A stretch of 24,420 nucleotides of DNA from a virus. A model generated the notes under the pieces. It saw nothing but the letters and a program-made list of their open reading frames with translations, was not told the origin of the DNA and did no database searches. The DNA lies in the IMG/VR virus record IMGVR_UViG_3300048911_000270, positions 65,064 to 89,483 of that record; one strand, 5' to 3'. Shown here piece by piece: positions 1-7,637 of this stretch; position 1 is the first letter of the stretch; every line of letters begins with the position of its first letter. Made by a program: the position numbers and the translations under genes.

Positions 1-204
1 AACGAAATGGCGGAGGATGACCCGGATTTGGCGCTCAGACACGACAACTGCGTGGACGGCTGCTGCCCGACGGGCGAGTTCCTGCTGCTGCGGCTGGTGC
101 ATCCGCAGGTGAGCGCGGCGTGGATGGTGCGGACGTTCCCGGAGCTGATCCCGTCGTCGCAGACGCACCGGGCGGTTCTGTACGTGAACGAGGACGACTT
201 CTGA
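1..204 (+). CDS. hypothetical protein, probably 5'-truncated by the window edge
   Basis: frame open from position 1; stop at 204 followed by a terminator hairpin. Confidence 0.6.
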   Translation, partial: NEMAEDDPDLALRHDNCVDGCCPTGEFLLLRLVHPQVSAAWMVRTFPELIPSSQTHRAVLYVNEDDF

Positions 205-216
205 TCGTCGCAGGGT

Positions 217-248
217 AAGGGGCGGGAGACATTGTCTCCCGCCCCTTT
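217..248 (+). terminator. intrinsic terminator hairpin
   Basis: AAGGGGCGGGAGACA/TGTCTCCCGCCCCTT inverted repeat plus T run. Confidence 0.8.
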
Positions 249-252
249 CACA

Positions 253-270
253 TGCTAGGGTAGATATATC
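253..270 (+). promoter_or_regulatory. 18-bp promoter/operator motif copy
   Basis: TGCTAGGGTAGATATATC upstream of RBS and ATG 287. Confidence 0.8.
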
Positions 271-286
271 TAGTGAAGGAGATGCG

Positions 287-1492
287 ATGCCCGCCCACCC
301 CACCCCTGAGACCGTATCGGCCGTCCGGCACGAGATGGTCGACTGGTTCCGCACCTACGCCCCCCGAATCTGGCCCCTCCAGCACCTGGGCGGCTCGAAG
401 TTCGTCGCCCCGCCCGGCCTTCCCCCGATCCGCGCGAAGGTGGCGGGGTTTGAGTTCGTCCCCGAATCGGGGTCTGCCTACCACGTCCCTGACGCCTCCA
501 CCGAACGGCAGTTCGCCCGCCTCGCGGAGTACTACGCCGAGACCTTCGAGCAGGCCAAGACGTACTACATCGGCCCGGACCTGAGTCACCTGGCGCTGCG
601 CACCCAGATGGACCACTACCGGCTGACCGTGGACATGCTCCCCGCACCCACCGGGTTCCTGGTCTGGGCGCTCCCGGTCGGGGCCGCCGAGCACTTCATC
701 CCCCGGAACGCCTGGGTGGACATGCGGGGCAACATCACCGAGATCGAGGACCCCGAGGAGATCCCCCTCAGCCCGTTCAACGACGTCGACTCCCCCGTCA
801 TCGGGGTGTCCTGGCGTTACGACCCCGACGACAATTCCATCTGGGTCGTCTTCTTCACCCGAAACGACGGTGTCTTGGACAAGATCGCCGAGGACTTGGA
901 CCTGAAGGAGCTGGCGCGGCTGCGGGCGATGGGCGGCCCGATCTCGTTCGAGCGGGAGCAGCGCCTGCCCCTGGACCAGACGCTCGCCTGGTTCGAGTCC
1001 GAGGACGAGAACCGGATCAGGGCCACCGCGTTCTCGGACGTCAACACCATGCCGGAGCACCTGCGGGCCAAGGCGGCGGAGGCGAACGCGGCAGTCCTGC
1101 CGTCCCTGACGCAGATGACGCGGGCGCTGCTGGCCACGTTCATGCTGATGAAGTGGAAGATCGCCACCCGGGAGGAGATCGCCCCGCCGCCGTACGCGGT
1201 CCGGGAGATCGCCAAGAGCACCGGAGTGACGAAGGCGGAGGCGAAGGCCGCGAACAAGACGACCCTTGTGAAGCTGGGCCAGCCGCTGCGGCACCGGAAG
1301 CCGAAGGAGGGCGGCAAGGGCGGCAAGTGGAAGGTACGGGCGATCATCGGGCCGACGATTCGGACAAGGCAGTACATCCCGGCGACGGGGGAATTTGACT
1401 TTACCCCCAGACTCATCGCCCCTTACATCGCAGGCCCGGAAGGCGCCCCGTTCTCAGACGCCGCGAACAACAAGGTCTTCCTGTTCGACTAG
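287..1492 (+). CDS. hypothetical protein, 401 aa
   Basis: AAGGAG RBS, GC3-biased codons, follows motif; C-terminal WKVR...IAPYIAGPEGAP resembles a segment common in actinobacterial phage/plasmid proteins of unknown function. Confidence 0.85.
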   Translation: MPAHPTPETVSAVRHEMVDWFRTYAPRIWPLQHLGGSKFVAPPGLPPIRAKVAGFEFVPESGSAYHVPDASTERQFARLAEYYAETFEQAKTYYIGPDLSHLALRTQMDHYRLTVDMLPAPTGFLVWALPVGAAEHFIPRNAWVDMRGNITEIEDPEEIPLSPFNDVDSPVIGVSWRYDPDDNSIWVVFFTRNDGVLDKIAEDLDLKELARLRAMGGPISFEREQRLPLDQTLAWFESEDENRIRATAFSDVNTMPEHLRAKAAEANAAVLPSLTQMTRALLATFMLMKWKIATREEIAPPPYAVREIAKSTGVTKAEAKAANKTTLVKLGQPLRHRKPKEGGKGGKWKVRAIIGPTIRTRQYIPATGEFDFTPRLIAPYIAGPEGAPFSDAANNKVFLFD

Positions 1493-1505
1493 CAGGACCG
1501 GAACG

Positions 1506-1572
1506 TAGAATGGCCAGTGCAAGGACTCTCACATCCGCACTGGCCATTCTCATGCCCTAGGAGGGCTCTGCC
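1506..1572 (+). promoter_or_regulatory. TAGAAT -10 overlapping a 14-bp hairpin plus conserved leader of the HNH gene
   Basis: stem 1507-1520/1537-1550; leader TGCCCTAGGAGGGCTCTGCCATG identical to that of the second HNH gene. Confidence 0.65.
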
Positions 1573-2229
1573 ATGATACCGCCCGGCATTACCGTGCTCG
1601 CAGACGGCACCGTCATCGGGAGGCGCGGACACCCACTAAGCGTCAGCCCGAACAAGAAAGGTTACCTGCGGCTCACCATCCCGTACGACGGGCGCATGGG
1701 GCATTTCACGGTCCATCAGTTGGTCTGTGAAGCCTTCCACGGGGTTCGGCCGTTCCCGGAGGCGCAGGTACGGCACCTGGACGGCAACAAGCTCAACAAC
1801 CGGGCCGACAACCTCCAGTGGGGCACTCCGGAAGAGAACTGGGCGGACCGCAGACTCCACGGGGCAGACAACGCAGGCGAACGAGGCGGTAGGGCAAAAC
1901 TGACGTGGCCTGAAGTCCGGGAGATCAGGCGGTGCTACTCCGCAGGTGAAGCGTCCCGGGAAGTCTTGGCCCAGGAGTACCGGATCGGTCTGAATACCCT
2001 CAGTGCGCTACTCAGTGGAAAGACCTGGATCGACCCGGAGTACACCCCGCCTAGCTACTCCCTAGGGGAGCGGCACCGCGAGGCCAAGCTGAAGGCGAAG
2101 CAGGTCCGGGAGATTCGGGCCAAGTACGCCGCAGGTGGGGTAAGGCACGTGGACCTGGCGACGGAGTACGGGGTAAGTAAGCGGGTCATCGGGGGAATCA
2201 TAAGAGGCGAGTTCCGGAAAAACGGTTAA
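1573..2229 (+). CDS. HNH endonuclease with two C-terminal HTH-like repeats
   Basis: VHQLVCEAFHG...VRHLDGNKLNNRADNLQWGTPEEN HNH_3-type motif; repeats VREIRxxY...LAxEYG. Confidence 0.88.
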   Translation: MIPPGITVLADGTVIGRRGHPLSVSPNKKGYLRLTIPYDGRMGHFTVHQLVCEAFHGVRPFPEAQVRHLDGNKLNNRADNLQWGTPEENWADRRLHGADNAGERGGRAKLTWPEVREIRRCYSAGEASREVLAQEYRIGLNTLSALLSGKTWIDPEYTPPSYSLGERHREAKLKAKQVREIRAKYAAGGVRHVDLATEYGVSKRVIGGIIRGEFRKNG

Positions 2230-2236
2230 ACCTCCG

Positions 2237-2268
2237 GGGGCGGACAGTCGCGCGACTGTCCGCCCTTT
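2237..2268 (+). terminator. intrinsic terminator hairpin
   Basis: GGGCGGACAGTCG/CGACTGTCCGCCC plus TTT. Confidence 0.8.
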
Positions 2269-2269
2269 G

Positions 2270-2287
2270 TGCTAGGGTAGATATACC
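2270..2287 (+). promoter_or_regulatory. 18-bp promoter/operator motif copy
   Basis: TGCTAGGGTAGATATACC. Confidence 0.8.
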
Positions 2288-2303
2288 CAACCGAGGAGGA
2301 TGG

Positions 2304-2501
2304 ATGAGCCTGTCCGACAAGATGCGCTGCAAGGGGTGCAACCACCCGAGGTACATGCACAACGGCAGCCACAAGAAGGGCCACCGGACGATGTGCCAGC
2401 GGCAGGTGGGCGAGAGCCACCACGACAAGTGCACGTGCCTGGCGTTCCAGGAGCCGGAGCTGACCCTCCCGGCCACGACGTTACCGACGCGCAAGGCATG
2501 A
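2304..2501 (+). CDS. small Cys/His-rich (putative Zn-binding) protein
   Basis: GAGGAGG RBS; CxxCxHxxxxH...C...CxCxxF. Confidence 0.75.
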   Translation: MSLSDKMRCKGCNHPRYMHNGSHKKGHRTMCQRQVGESHHDKCTCLAFQEPELTLPATTLPTRKA

Positions 2502-2506
2502 CCCCG

Positions 2507-2540
2507 AAGGGCGGAGACTTCCCCACAGTCTCCGCCCTTT
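2507..2540 (+). terminator. intrinsic terminator hairpin
   Basis: AAGGGCGGAGACT/AGTCTCCGCCCTT. Confidence 0.8.
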
Positions 2541-2541
2541 G

Positions 2542-2559
2542 TGCTAGGGTAGATACATC
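2542..2559 (+). promoter_or_regulatory. 18-bp promoter/operator motif copy
   Basis: perfect TGCTAGGGTAGATACATC. Confidence 0.85.
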
Positions 2560-2576
2560 GAACTGAGGAGGATGCG

Positions 2577-3080
2577 ATGAAGCGCAACAAGCCCTTGGAC
2601 AAGCGACACCGCGTGGGAACCCAGGCGTGGCGGCGCCGCCCCTACTGGTCCGACCCCCGGCAGGCGCAGGAATGGACCGTGATCGTCCCCCAGGCTCACG
2701 TGGGAGCGGACGCGCGGATCCTGAACCTGTCCGGTGCAGTCACCGACGGGGCGGAGAACGTCGCAGGAGACCCCACGGTGGGTCCGAACCTGTACCGGTG
2801 GCGCCTGGACCTCTTCGGCCGCGCAACGCCCGTCTACGCGGCGTACGGCCCCTGGTATGCGTGGTCCGGGCACGGGGGCCGGTTCGACGGGGTCCCCCGG
2901 ACCGGGGACGTCTGGTACGCGTTCACCTCCGAAGGCAAGTGCGAACGGGCGAACTGCCCCCAGACGCGCTACTTCTACGAGGGCGTGGACGGCCGGATCG
3001 CGCGGCACGATCCCGGCCGGTGCCCGCTCGGAATACCTCTCGATGCAGGATGGAAGTACGCGGGCCGGTTAACGCTCTGA
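2577..3080 (+). CDS. hypothetical protein, Trp/Tyr-rich
   Basis: GAGGAGG RBS after motif, followed by terminator. Confidence 0.8.
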   Translation: MKRNKPLDKRHRVGTQAWRRRPYWSDPRQAQEWTVIVPQAHVGADARILNLSGAVTDGAENVAGDPTVGPNLYRWRLDLFGRATPVYAAYGPWYAWSGHGGRFDGVPRTGDVWYAFTSEGKCERANCPQTRYFYEGVDGRIARHDPGRCPLGIPLDAGWKYAGRLTL

Positions 3081-3093
3081 TTCACCGGCCGAC

Positions 3094-3125
3094 CCGAAAG
3101 CCCCGTCTCCTGGCGGGGCTTTCGG
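3094..3125 (+). terminator. intrinsic terminator hairpin
   Basis: CCGAAAGCCCCG/CGGGGCTTTCGG. Confidence 0.8.
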
Positions 3126-3136
3126 CGTTTCGGGAG

Positions 3137-3154
3137 GTTGTATCTACACTGTCA
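3137..3154 (-). promoter_or_regulatory. inverted degenerate motif copy, supplies TTGTAT -35 on +
   Basis: GTTGTATCTACACTGTCA. Confidence 0.6.
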
Positions 3155-3157
3155 GGT

Positions 3158-3175
3158 TGTTAGGGTAGAGACCCA
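3158..3175 (+). promoter_or_regulatory. variant motif copy
   Basis: TGTTAGGGTAGAGACCCA upstream of AGGAGG RBS. Confidence 0.7.
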
Positions 3176-3196
3176 CCCAAGCAGGAGGTACTATCC

Positions 3197-3331
3197 ATGC
3201 CCAAGGCCACGCATGCCCGCCGCAAGCCGAGCGTCGTGTACCCCGCCCTGTCCCCGGCCGCCCGAACCATCCTGGGCCGCGCCGTCGACACCATCGCCCC
3301 CCGGCCGCAGACCCCCAAGGACCGATCGTGA
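3197..3331 (+). CDS. 44-aa basic protein (not in ORF track)
   Basis: AGGAGG RBS; MPKATHARRKPSVV...KDRS; GTGA overlap with next gene. Confidence 0.65.
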   Translation: MPKATHARRKPSVVYPALSPAARTILGRAVDTIAPRPQTPKDRS

Positions 3332-3456
3332 CCAAGTGGATCCTTCGCCCCCTCGGCTACCTCATACTCGCCGCGCTGTGCCTCTTGATCGCCTGCGGCG
3401 TCGCCTGCGGAGGATTCTTCCTCGGCCTGATCATCACCGTCCTGCACAACGGCTGA
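3328..3456 (+). CDS. 42-aa membrane protein (not in ORF track)
   Basis: MTKWILRPLGYLILAALCLLIACGVACGGFFLGLIITVLHNG, long hydrophobic stretch, translational coupling. Confidence 0.7.
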   Translation: MTKWILRPLGYLILAALCLLIACGVACGGFFLGLIITVLHNG

Positions 3457-3466
3457 GGAGGCCGAC

Positions 3467-3967
3467 ATGAGCTGGAAGACCCCCGACGACGTCCCCACCA
3501 CCCTGACCCGACGGGCCTACGCCCTGCGGGACGTGAAGACCAGTCAGAACGCCTACGCCGCCGTCGTGGCCGACGCCTACCAGGACGTCGTGGCCGACTT
3601 CCTGCGGGACTGCGCCGAGACGGCCCGGCGGACCCACAACGACGCCGAGGACACCCCCGCCACCCGCGCGGCGGCCGACCGGCTCGGACTGCCGTGGGAG
3701 GTCGTGGCCGCCATCGTGGACACCTTCTCCGAGGAGGCGGGCCGCATCGCCCGCGAGCGGGCCGCCGCCCGCCGCCGGGTCCTTACCCGGGACAACGCGG
3801 ACGAGGTCGCCGAGTGGGTCGGCGGCTGGCGCGCGGGCGGGGCCCGCGAGCTGGTCGGCTGGGGCGTACGGGGCAGCGTCGTCTACGCCCACCCGGGCGA
3901 CACGATCATGAAGCTGACCAGCGGGAAGTGCGTTGTGACCCAGCGCGCGGAGAGGACGCAGCCGTGA
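3467..3967 (+). CDS. hypothetical protein
   Basis: GAGGAGG RBS, GC3 bias. Confidence 0.8.
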   Translation: MSWKTPDDVPTTLTRRAYALRDVKTSQNAYAAVVADAYQDVVADFLRDCAETARRTHNDAEDTPATRAAADRLGLPWEVVAAIVDTFSEEAGRIARERAAARRRVLTRDNADEVAEWVGGWRAGGARELVGWGVRGSVVYAHPGDTIMKLTSGKCVVTQRAERTQP

Positions 3968-4113
3968 AGCGCAGGCACCCGGACGACGACCCGGCCATCC
4001 CCGACTGGGACGAGAAGGAGGGGTGGCGGGAGCTGTGGGAGCTGGACCAGCACCTGCGGGAGCGCCCGGAATCCCTCTCCCGGCAGCAGCGCGCCGAGGA
4101 GGCGTGGGACTGA
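3964..4113 (+). CDS. 49-aa acidic Trp-rich protein
   Basis: GAGG RBS, GTGA overlap; MKRRHPDDDPAIPDWDEK... Confidence 0.6.
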   Translation: MKRRHPDDDPAIPDWDEKEGWRELWELDQHLRERPESLSRQQRAEEAWD

Positions 4114-4150
4114 AATTCCGGGGGACCTGCTAGCTAACTCCCGCATGCAG

Positions 4151-4168
4151 TGCTAGGGTAGATACATC
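4151..4168 (+). promoter_or_regulatory. 18-bp promoter/operator motif copy
   Basis: perfect match, followed by GGACACC..CAGGAGACC leader. Confidence 0.85.
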
Positions 4169-4197
4169 ACTTGGACACCATCCCAGGAGACCATCCC

Positions 4198-4533
4198 ATG
4201 CGCGTAACGAACAACACCGAGGCCGCCGTCCGCGAACTGCTCGCCACCAAGCTCAACCAGCGCCAGATCACCCAGGCCGACGCCCGGCACCTGGGAAGTG
4301 AAGGCTTCCGGGCCATCTCCCAGACCATCGGGAACTGGCGCCTGCGCGAAGCCACCGACGCCCAGATCACCGACGCGATCCGCCGCCGGATGCTCGCCGC
4401 CAAGCTGCACCGGCAGCAGGCCCGGACGCAGGCCGACCGCGCCAAGGCCCTCCAAGAACTCACCATCGCGCAGATGTACAAGGTCATCTGGGAAGGCATG
4501 CAGGCCGACGTCGCCGCCTACCAGAACGCCTGA
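4198..4533 (+). CDS. hypothetical helical protein
   Basis: ATG 4198 with AGGAG RBS. Confidence 0.8.
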   Translation: MRVTNNTEAAVRELLATKLNQRQITQADARHLGSEGFRAISQTIGNWRLREATDAQITDAIRRRMLAAKLHRQQARTQADRAKALQELTIAQMYKVIWEGMQADVAAYQNA

Positions 4534-4586
4534 TCACCCCTCCCCCTGAATTTCCCCGGACCCGTCACCCCAGGTGGCGGGTCCGT

Positions 4587-4605
4587 CGTATATCTACCCC
4601 CAGCA
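4587..4605 (-). promoter_or_regulatory. inverted degenerate motif copy (operator half only)
   Basis: CGTATATCTACCCCCAGCA; the TAGGGT -10 is lost. Confidence 0.5.
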
Positions 4606-4625
4606 CATCCGACCGAGAGGACCCC

Positions 4626-5048
4626 ATGACCGCCAACCACAACCACGGTGACGGCTTCCGCCGGACCGACCCGCCCGAGCCGTTCGCCGGGCACACCGTG
4701 AACGAAGACCTCCTGTCCGACCTCATGGGCGCAGCGGTGGACGGCTGCCGCCCCTGCCAGGCGAAGCTGCTTCCCGAGGTCGCCAAGGATCCGGTGGTGA
4801 CAGCCCGGCTGGTCGGCCTCGCCTGCACCTCCCTGGCCTCCCTCCTCGGCGGTGTGCCTTCCAGGGAGGACAGCCCCGCCTGGGGGTATGCCTCGGATCC
4901 GTTCCGGAAAGTCGCTGTCGCGGGGGTCGACCACGCGACCGAGGAGGCCACCGCTCGCGCGCTGCTGGGTGCGGCCGAGCCCCTGACCCCCGGGCAGCGC
5001 CAGGAGGCGGCAGACAGCGCGATGGACTTGCTGGCAGGCATGGTCTGA
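4626..5048 (+). CDS. hypothetical protein with CxxC
   Basis: GAGAGG RBS, GC3 bias. Confidence 0.75.
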   Translation: MTANHNHGDGFRRTDPPEPFAGHTVNEDLLSDLMGAAVDGCRPCQAKLLPEVAKDPVVTARLVGLACTSLASLLGGVPSREDSPAWGYASDPFRKVAVAGVDHATEEATARALLGAAEPLTPGQRQEAADSAMDLLAGMV

Positions 5049-5224
5049 TGCAAGGCCCCAGACGGCTCTGTGAGGGGCGCGCAGGACCGTCCCGGATGCC
5101 CGGGGCCCCGACGGGCTTTCCGTCCGTTCTGGCCCCCGTCAGGGCCCGTCTGGGCTAGGTTTGTTCGCAGAGGGTCCGGCTGTTCCAGGGGAGCGGCCGG
5201 GCTCTTCTCTCGTTTCAGGGCCGC

Positions 5225-5242
5225 TGGTAGGGTAGATACATC
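5225..5242 (+). promoter_or_regulatory. 18-bp promoter/operator motif copy
   Basis: TGGTAGGGTAGATACATC. Confidence 0.8.
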
Positions 5243-5266
5243 GTCTATCGGAAGGGCCCGACCATC

Positions 5267-5494
5267 ATGACCGGCAAGGAACTGCTGGAGCTGCTGCGTA
5301 CGATGACTCCTGAACAGCTCGCGCTCGAAGTCGTCGTGAAGCACCCGGAAACAGACCCCTACGGCAACCTCGGGAGCGTCTACGGGACCGACGTGTCGGT
5401 CACCACGGAACAGGCGAGGCCCCATGAGCTGGGCGTTCCCACCGCTTTCCACTACACCCGGGACGCGCTGATAACTGTACTGCTCATCGACTAA
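5267..5494 (+). CDS. hypothetical protein
   Basis: follows motif, GGAAGG RBS. Confidence 0.75.
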   Translation: MTGKELLELLRTMTPEQLALEVVVKHPETDPYGNLGSVYGTDVSVTTEQARPHELGVPTAFHYTRDALITVLLID

Positions 5495-5495
5495 C

Positions 5496-5513
5496 TGTTA
5501 GTGTAGATACACC
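5496..5513 (+). promoter_or_regulatory. variant motif copy with extended palindrome GTGTA-GA-TACAC
   Basis: TGTTAGTGTAGATACACC. Confidence 0.7.
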
Positions 5514-5541
5514 CCCCGAGAACCCCGTCCCCGGAGGAACT

Positions 5542-5766
5542 GTGTCTGCCAGCAAAGACGTACGTGCCCTCATCCGCGAAATCACCACGAAGGAAGCCAA
5601 GGAGAACGGCTGGACAGCGGAGCGGCCCAAAGGCCGCCAGCACTACACCATCCGCCGCCACGGGATACGCGTCGCCACCATCGCCCACAGCCCCAGCGAC
5701 TACCACGCCGTCGACAACGCACGGGCCGACCTGAGACGCGGCGGCTTCGAGTTCCCCCGCAAGTAG
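5542..5766 (+). CDS. HicA-like toxin (dsRBD-fold RNase)
   Basis: LI...GW...R.KG.xH...V.TI.HSPSD..A..NARADLRR.G pattern typical of actinophage HicA-like proteins; GGAGG RBS. Confidence 0.7.
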   Translation: MSASKDVRALIREITTKEAKENGWTAERPKGRQHYTIRRHGIRVATIAHSPSDYHAVDNARADLRRGGFEFPRK

Positions 5767-5814
5767 GGCCCCTCAAATGGCCCATCTAACTGCACATCGT
5801 ATCGAATTAGCCCA

Positions 5815-5848
5815 AAGCCCCCGGCAAATGAGATCCTGCCGGGGGCTT
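5815..5848 (+). terminator. intrinsic terminator hairpin
   Basis: AAGCCCCCGGCA/TGCCGGGGGCTT. Confidence 0.75.
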
Positions 5849-5899
5849 CGTCTTCCCCGCCGCCCGCTCCCGGGCGGCCCCGCACGAGAAAGCAGCACG

Positions 5900-5971
5900 A
5901 TGATCCGGAAACTCCTGCACTGGCGCCGACTGGTCCTCTGGAAGGTCGGTGACTCCCGGTGGATGCGCTGA
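5900..5971 (+). CDS. possible 23-aa cationic peptide MIRKLLHWRRLVLWKVGDSRWMR
   Basis: GAGAAAG upstream; overlaps start of next gene. Confidence 0.35.
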   Translation: MIRKLLHWRRLVLWKVGDSRWMR

Positions 5972-6246
5972 TCCAGTTCACCAAAGAGCAGATCCAGCAG
6001 GACCGCGACAGCGCGACCGACGAAGAGGCCGAATGGAACGCCGACCTCAAACAAGCCGTGCTCGACCTGAACAAGCCCCGCTACAACGGCAACACGTGGG
6101 TCTGTGACGGGTGCAGCGGGTACGACGGGCTCCGGCGGATGGCCTACCACTGCTACGCGCCGTGCGGCCAGTTGGAGGCCCTGGTGAGGGTCTACACCCT
6201 GCGGCCCGGCTTCGACCCGGACTGGCTCACCGCCACGGACGACTGA
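5959..6246 (+). CDS. DUF6221-like protein
   Basis: MDxLIxF...D...KxAVL...CxxC...PCxxLxxL...Y..RPGFDPDW pattern. Confidence 0.65.
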   Translation: MDALIQFTKEQIQQDRDSATDEEAEWNADLKQAVLDLNKPRYNGNTWVCDGCSGYDGLRRMAYHCYAPCGQLEALVRVYTLRPGFDPDWLTATDD

Positions 6247-6257
6247 CCCCAGACAGC

Positions 6258-6296
6258 GAAAAGCCCCGGCATCCGAAAGGGTGCCGGGGCTCTCGC
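6258..6296. terminator. bidirectional terminator between the convergent gene blocks
   Basis: AGCCCCGGCATCC-GAAA-GGGTGCCGGGGCT with GNRA loop. Confidence 0.85.
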
Positions 6297-6306
6297 GTAC
6301 CCGAGA

Positions 6307-6756
6307 TCACCAAGCGTAGTGCTTGCTGTAGTCCTCGTGACGGAACAGGCCGTACTCGCCGGGGATGGTGGCCAGGTTGTCGCGGTTGGCGACCTCGTAG
6401 CAGTGCTGGCAGAGACGACCGCGCCAGCAGCCCCAGCGCTGGACGTCGAACTGGCCGCAGCCCTCGCAGACCTTGAGCTGGTTGCACTGCTCGGAGCCGC
6501 AGGTGCCCGTACCGGCCCAGCCGTCACAGTCCATCTCGAACAGCTCGGGACGGGCGCCGCACCACGGGCATGCCTTGACCATCTTGGTGCTGACGCGCTT
6601 CTCGATCACCCAGCCGACGGGGAACTCGGGGTCCTGGTCCATCCGCGCGGCGTCCCGGATGCTGACCGTCCACTCGGTGCCCTTGGTGGGGACGACGACG
6701 TAACGGACGGAGGTCTCGGGGGTGAGGGCGTTGAGCCAAAAGGTCTTAACGGTCAT
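6307..6756 (-). CDS. hypothetical protein with Cys-rich (Zn-finger-like) C-terminus
   Basis: four CxxC-like pairs; GGGAGA RBS after motif. Confidence 0.8.
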   Translation of the reverse strand: MTVKTFWLNALTPETSVRYVVVPTKGTEWTVSIRDAARMDQDPEFPVGWVIEKRVSTKMVKACPWCGARPELFEMDCDGWAGTGTCGSEQCNQLKVCEGCGQFDVQRWGCWRGRLCQHCYEVANRDNLATIPGEYGLFRHEDYSKHYAW

Positions 6757-6782
6757 TTCGGTCTCCCTGGTGGTGTCCGGCT

Positions 6783-6800
6783 GATGTATCTACCCTAGCA
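6783..6800 (-). promoter_or_regulatory. 18-bp promoter/operator motif copy
   Basis: perfect match on the - strand. Confidence 0.85.
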
Positions 6801-6840
6801 TGTGTCCTGGCATCCCCGCAACACCATGTACCTTCGATCC

Positions 6841-7083
6841 ATGACGTACGACGACCTCGCCCGGATCTTCCCCTGGGTACAACACCTGCCAAGGGAAGCT
6901 GCCGCAGAGTTCGCAGCAGACCTCGAAGCGGCCCTGGGCAAGGCCAACCTCCTGGCGGACCTCGACCCCGTCATCGCAGCCTGGAAGGCTACAGCGGAGA
7001 TCTACGCCGACCCCGAGCTGCGCGCCGCGCTCATCAAGCCCACCGACGGTGATTACGGCCCCGTCACCGCACCTGCGGCATAA
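6841..7083 (+). CDS. stand-alone C-terminal domain of Streptomyces prevent-host-death (Phd-type) antitoxin-like proteins; probably leaderless
   Basis: FPWV..LP.....FA..L......VI.AW..TAEIYADPEL..AL..P.DGDYGPV.AP; TACCTT -10 at 6829-6834, 6 nt before ATG, no SD. Confidence 0.65.
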   Translation: MTYDDLARIFPWVQHLPREAAAEFAADLEAALGKANLLADLDPVIAAWKATAEIYADPELRAALIKPTDGDYGPVTAPAA

Positions 7084-7089
7084 AGCAGT

Positions 7090-7116
7090 GAGCCCCCGCC
7101 TCATCGGCGGGGGCTC
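7090..7116. terminator. bidirectional terminator hairpin
   Basis: GAGCCCCCGCC/GGCGGGGGCTC between convergent genes. Confidence 0.75.
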
Positions 7117-7118
7117 GG

Positions 7119-7361
7119 TCACTTCAGCAGCGGATCACTCGGTCTCATGGCCAGGTACACCCGGATCTGCCCGGTGTCCTTCCCGTCCGGCAGCGGGGCC
7201 ACGAACTCCGAGGTGAAGAACTTGCCCTTGGTTTCGGTGTAGGCCAGTTCCAGCTCCTTCAGCTTCTCCCGGACGACCTGCCGGGTCACCAGGCCCTGGG
7301 CGGTGATCAGCAGACGGGGCGGGGTCGAGGTGTTGTCGATGGTCATGTCGAGACGGTTCAC
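7119..7361 (-). CDS. hypothetical protein
   Basis: AGGAG RBS after motif. Confidence 0.75.
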   Translation of the reverse strand: MNRLDMTIDNTSTPPRLLITAQGLVTRQVVREKLKELELAYTETKGKFFTSEFVAPLPDGKDTGQIRVYLAMRPSDPLLK

Positions 7362-7381
7362 GAGATCTCCTAGTTTGTAAA

Positions 7382-7399
7382 GATGTATCTACCCTATCA
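7382..7399 (-). promoter_or_regulatory. 18-bp promoter/operator motif copy
   Basis: TGATAGGGTAGATACATC. Confidence 0.8.
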
Positions 7400-7425
7400 C
7401 ATCGAGCAGGGGCGCACAACAACAA

Positions 7426-7457
7426 AGGCCCCGCCTCCACCCGGGAGACGGGGCCTT
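7426..7457 (-). terminator. intrinsic terminator hairpin
   Basis: AAGGCCCCG/CGGGGCCTT with T run on the - strand. Confidence 0.7.
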
Positions 7458-7466
7458 CAAGCACCA

Positions 7467-7637
7467 CTACTTCGCCGTAATCCGAACGGTGCAGCCCGGG
7501 TAACCGAACGCCGGATCACCGTCCAGGAACTTCTGCATCCGCGCCTTCACGATCTCCGCCAGATGCAGATCCCCCTGCGTGTGGAACCCATCCGACTTCG
7601 GCAGGTCCACCACCAACTCAAACCGGTTCTCGCTCAT
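7467..7637 (-). CDS. 56-aa hypothetical protein
   Basis: ATGA overlap with HD gene, GGGAG RBS. Confidence 0.65.
   Translation of the reverse strand: MSENRFELVVDLPKSDGFHTQGDLHLAEIVKARMQKFLDGDPAFGYPGCTVRITAK

Noticed and set aside
248-1294. Long antisense ORFs (248..1294, also 4565..5452, 8124..9416, 9712..10971, 16905..17750, 20966..21946)
   Set aside because: Typical high-GC shadow frames opposite genes that have RBSs and recognisable motifs
1573-2229. HNH genes as intron-encoded endonucleases
   Set aside because: Flanking genes end in normal stop codons and there is no room for group I intron core structure; they are free-standing
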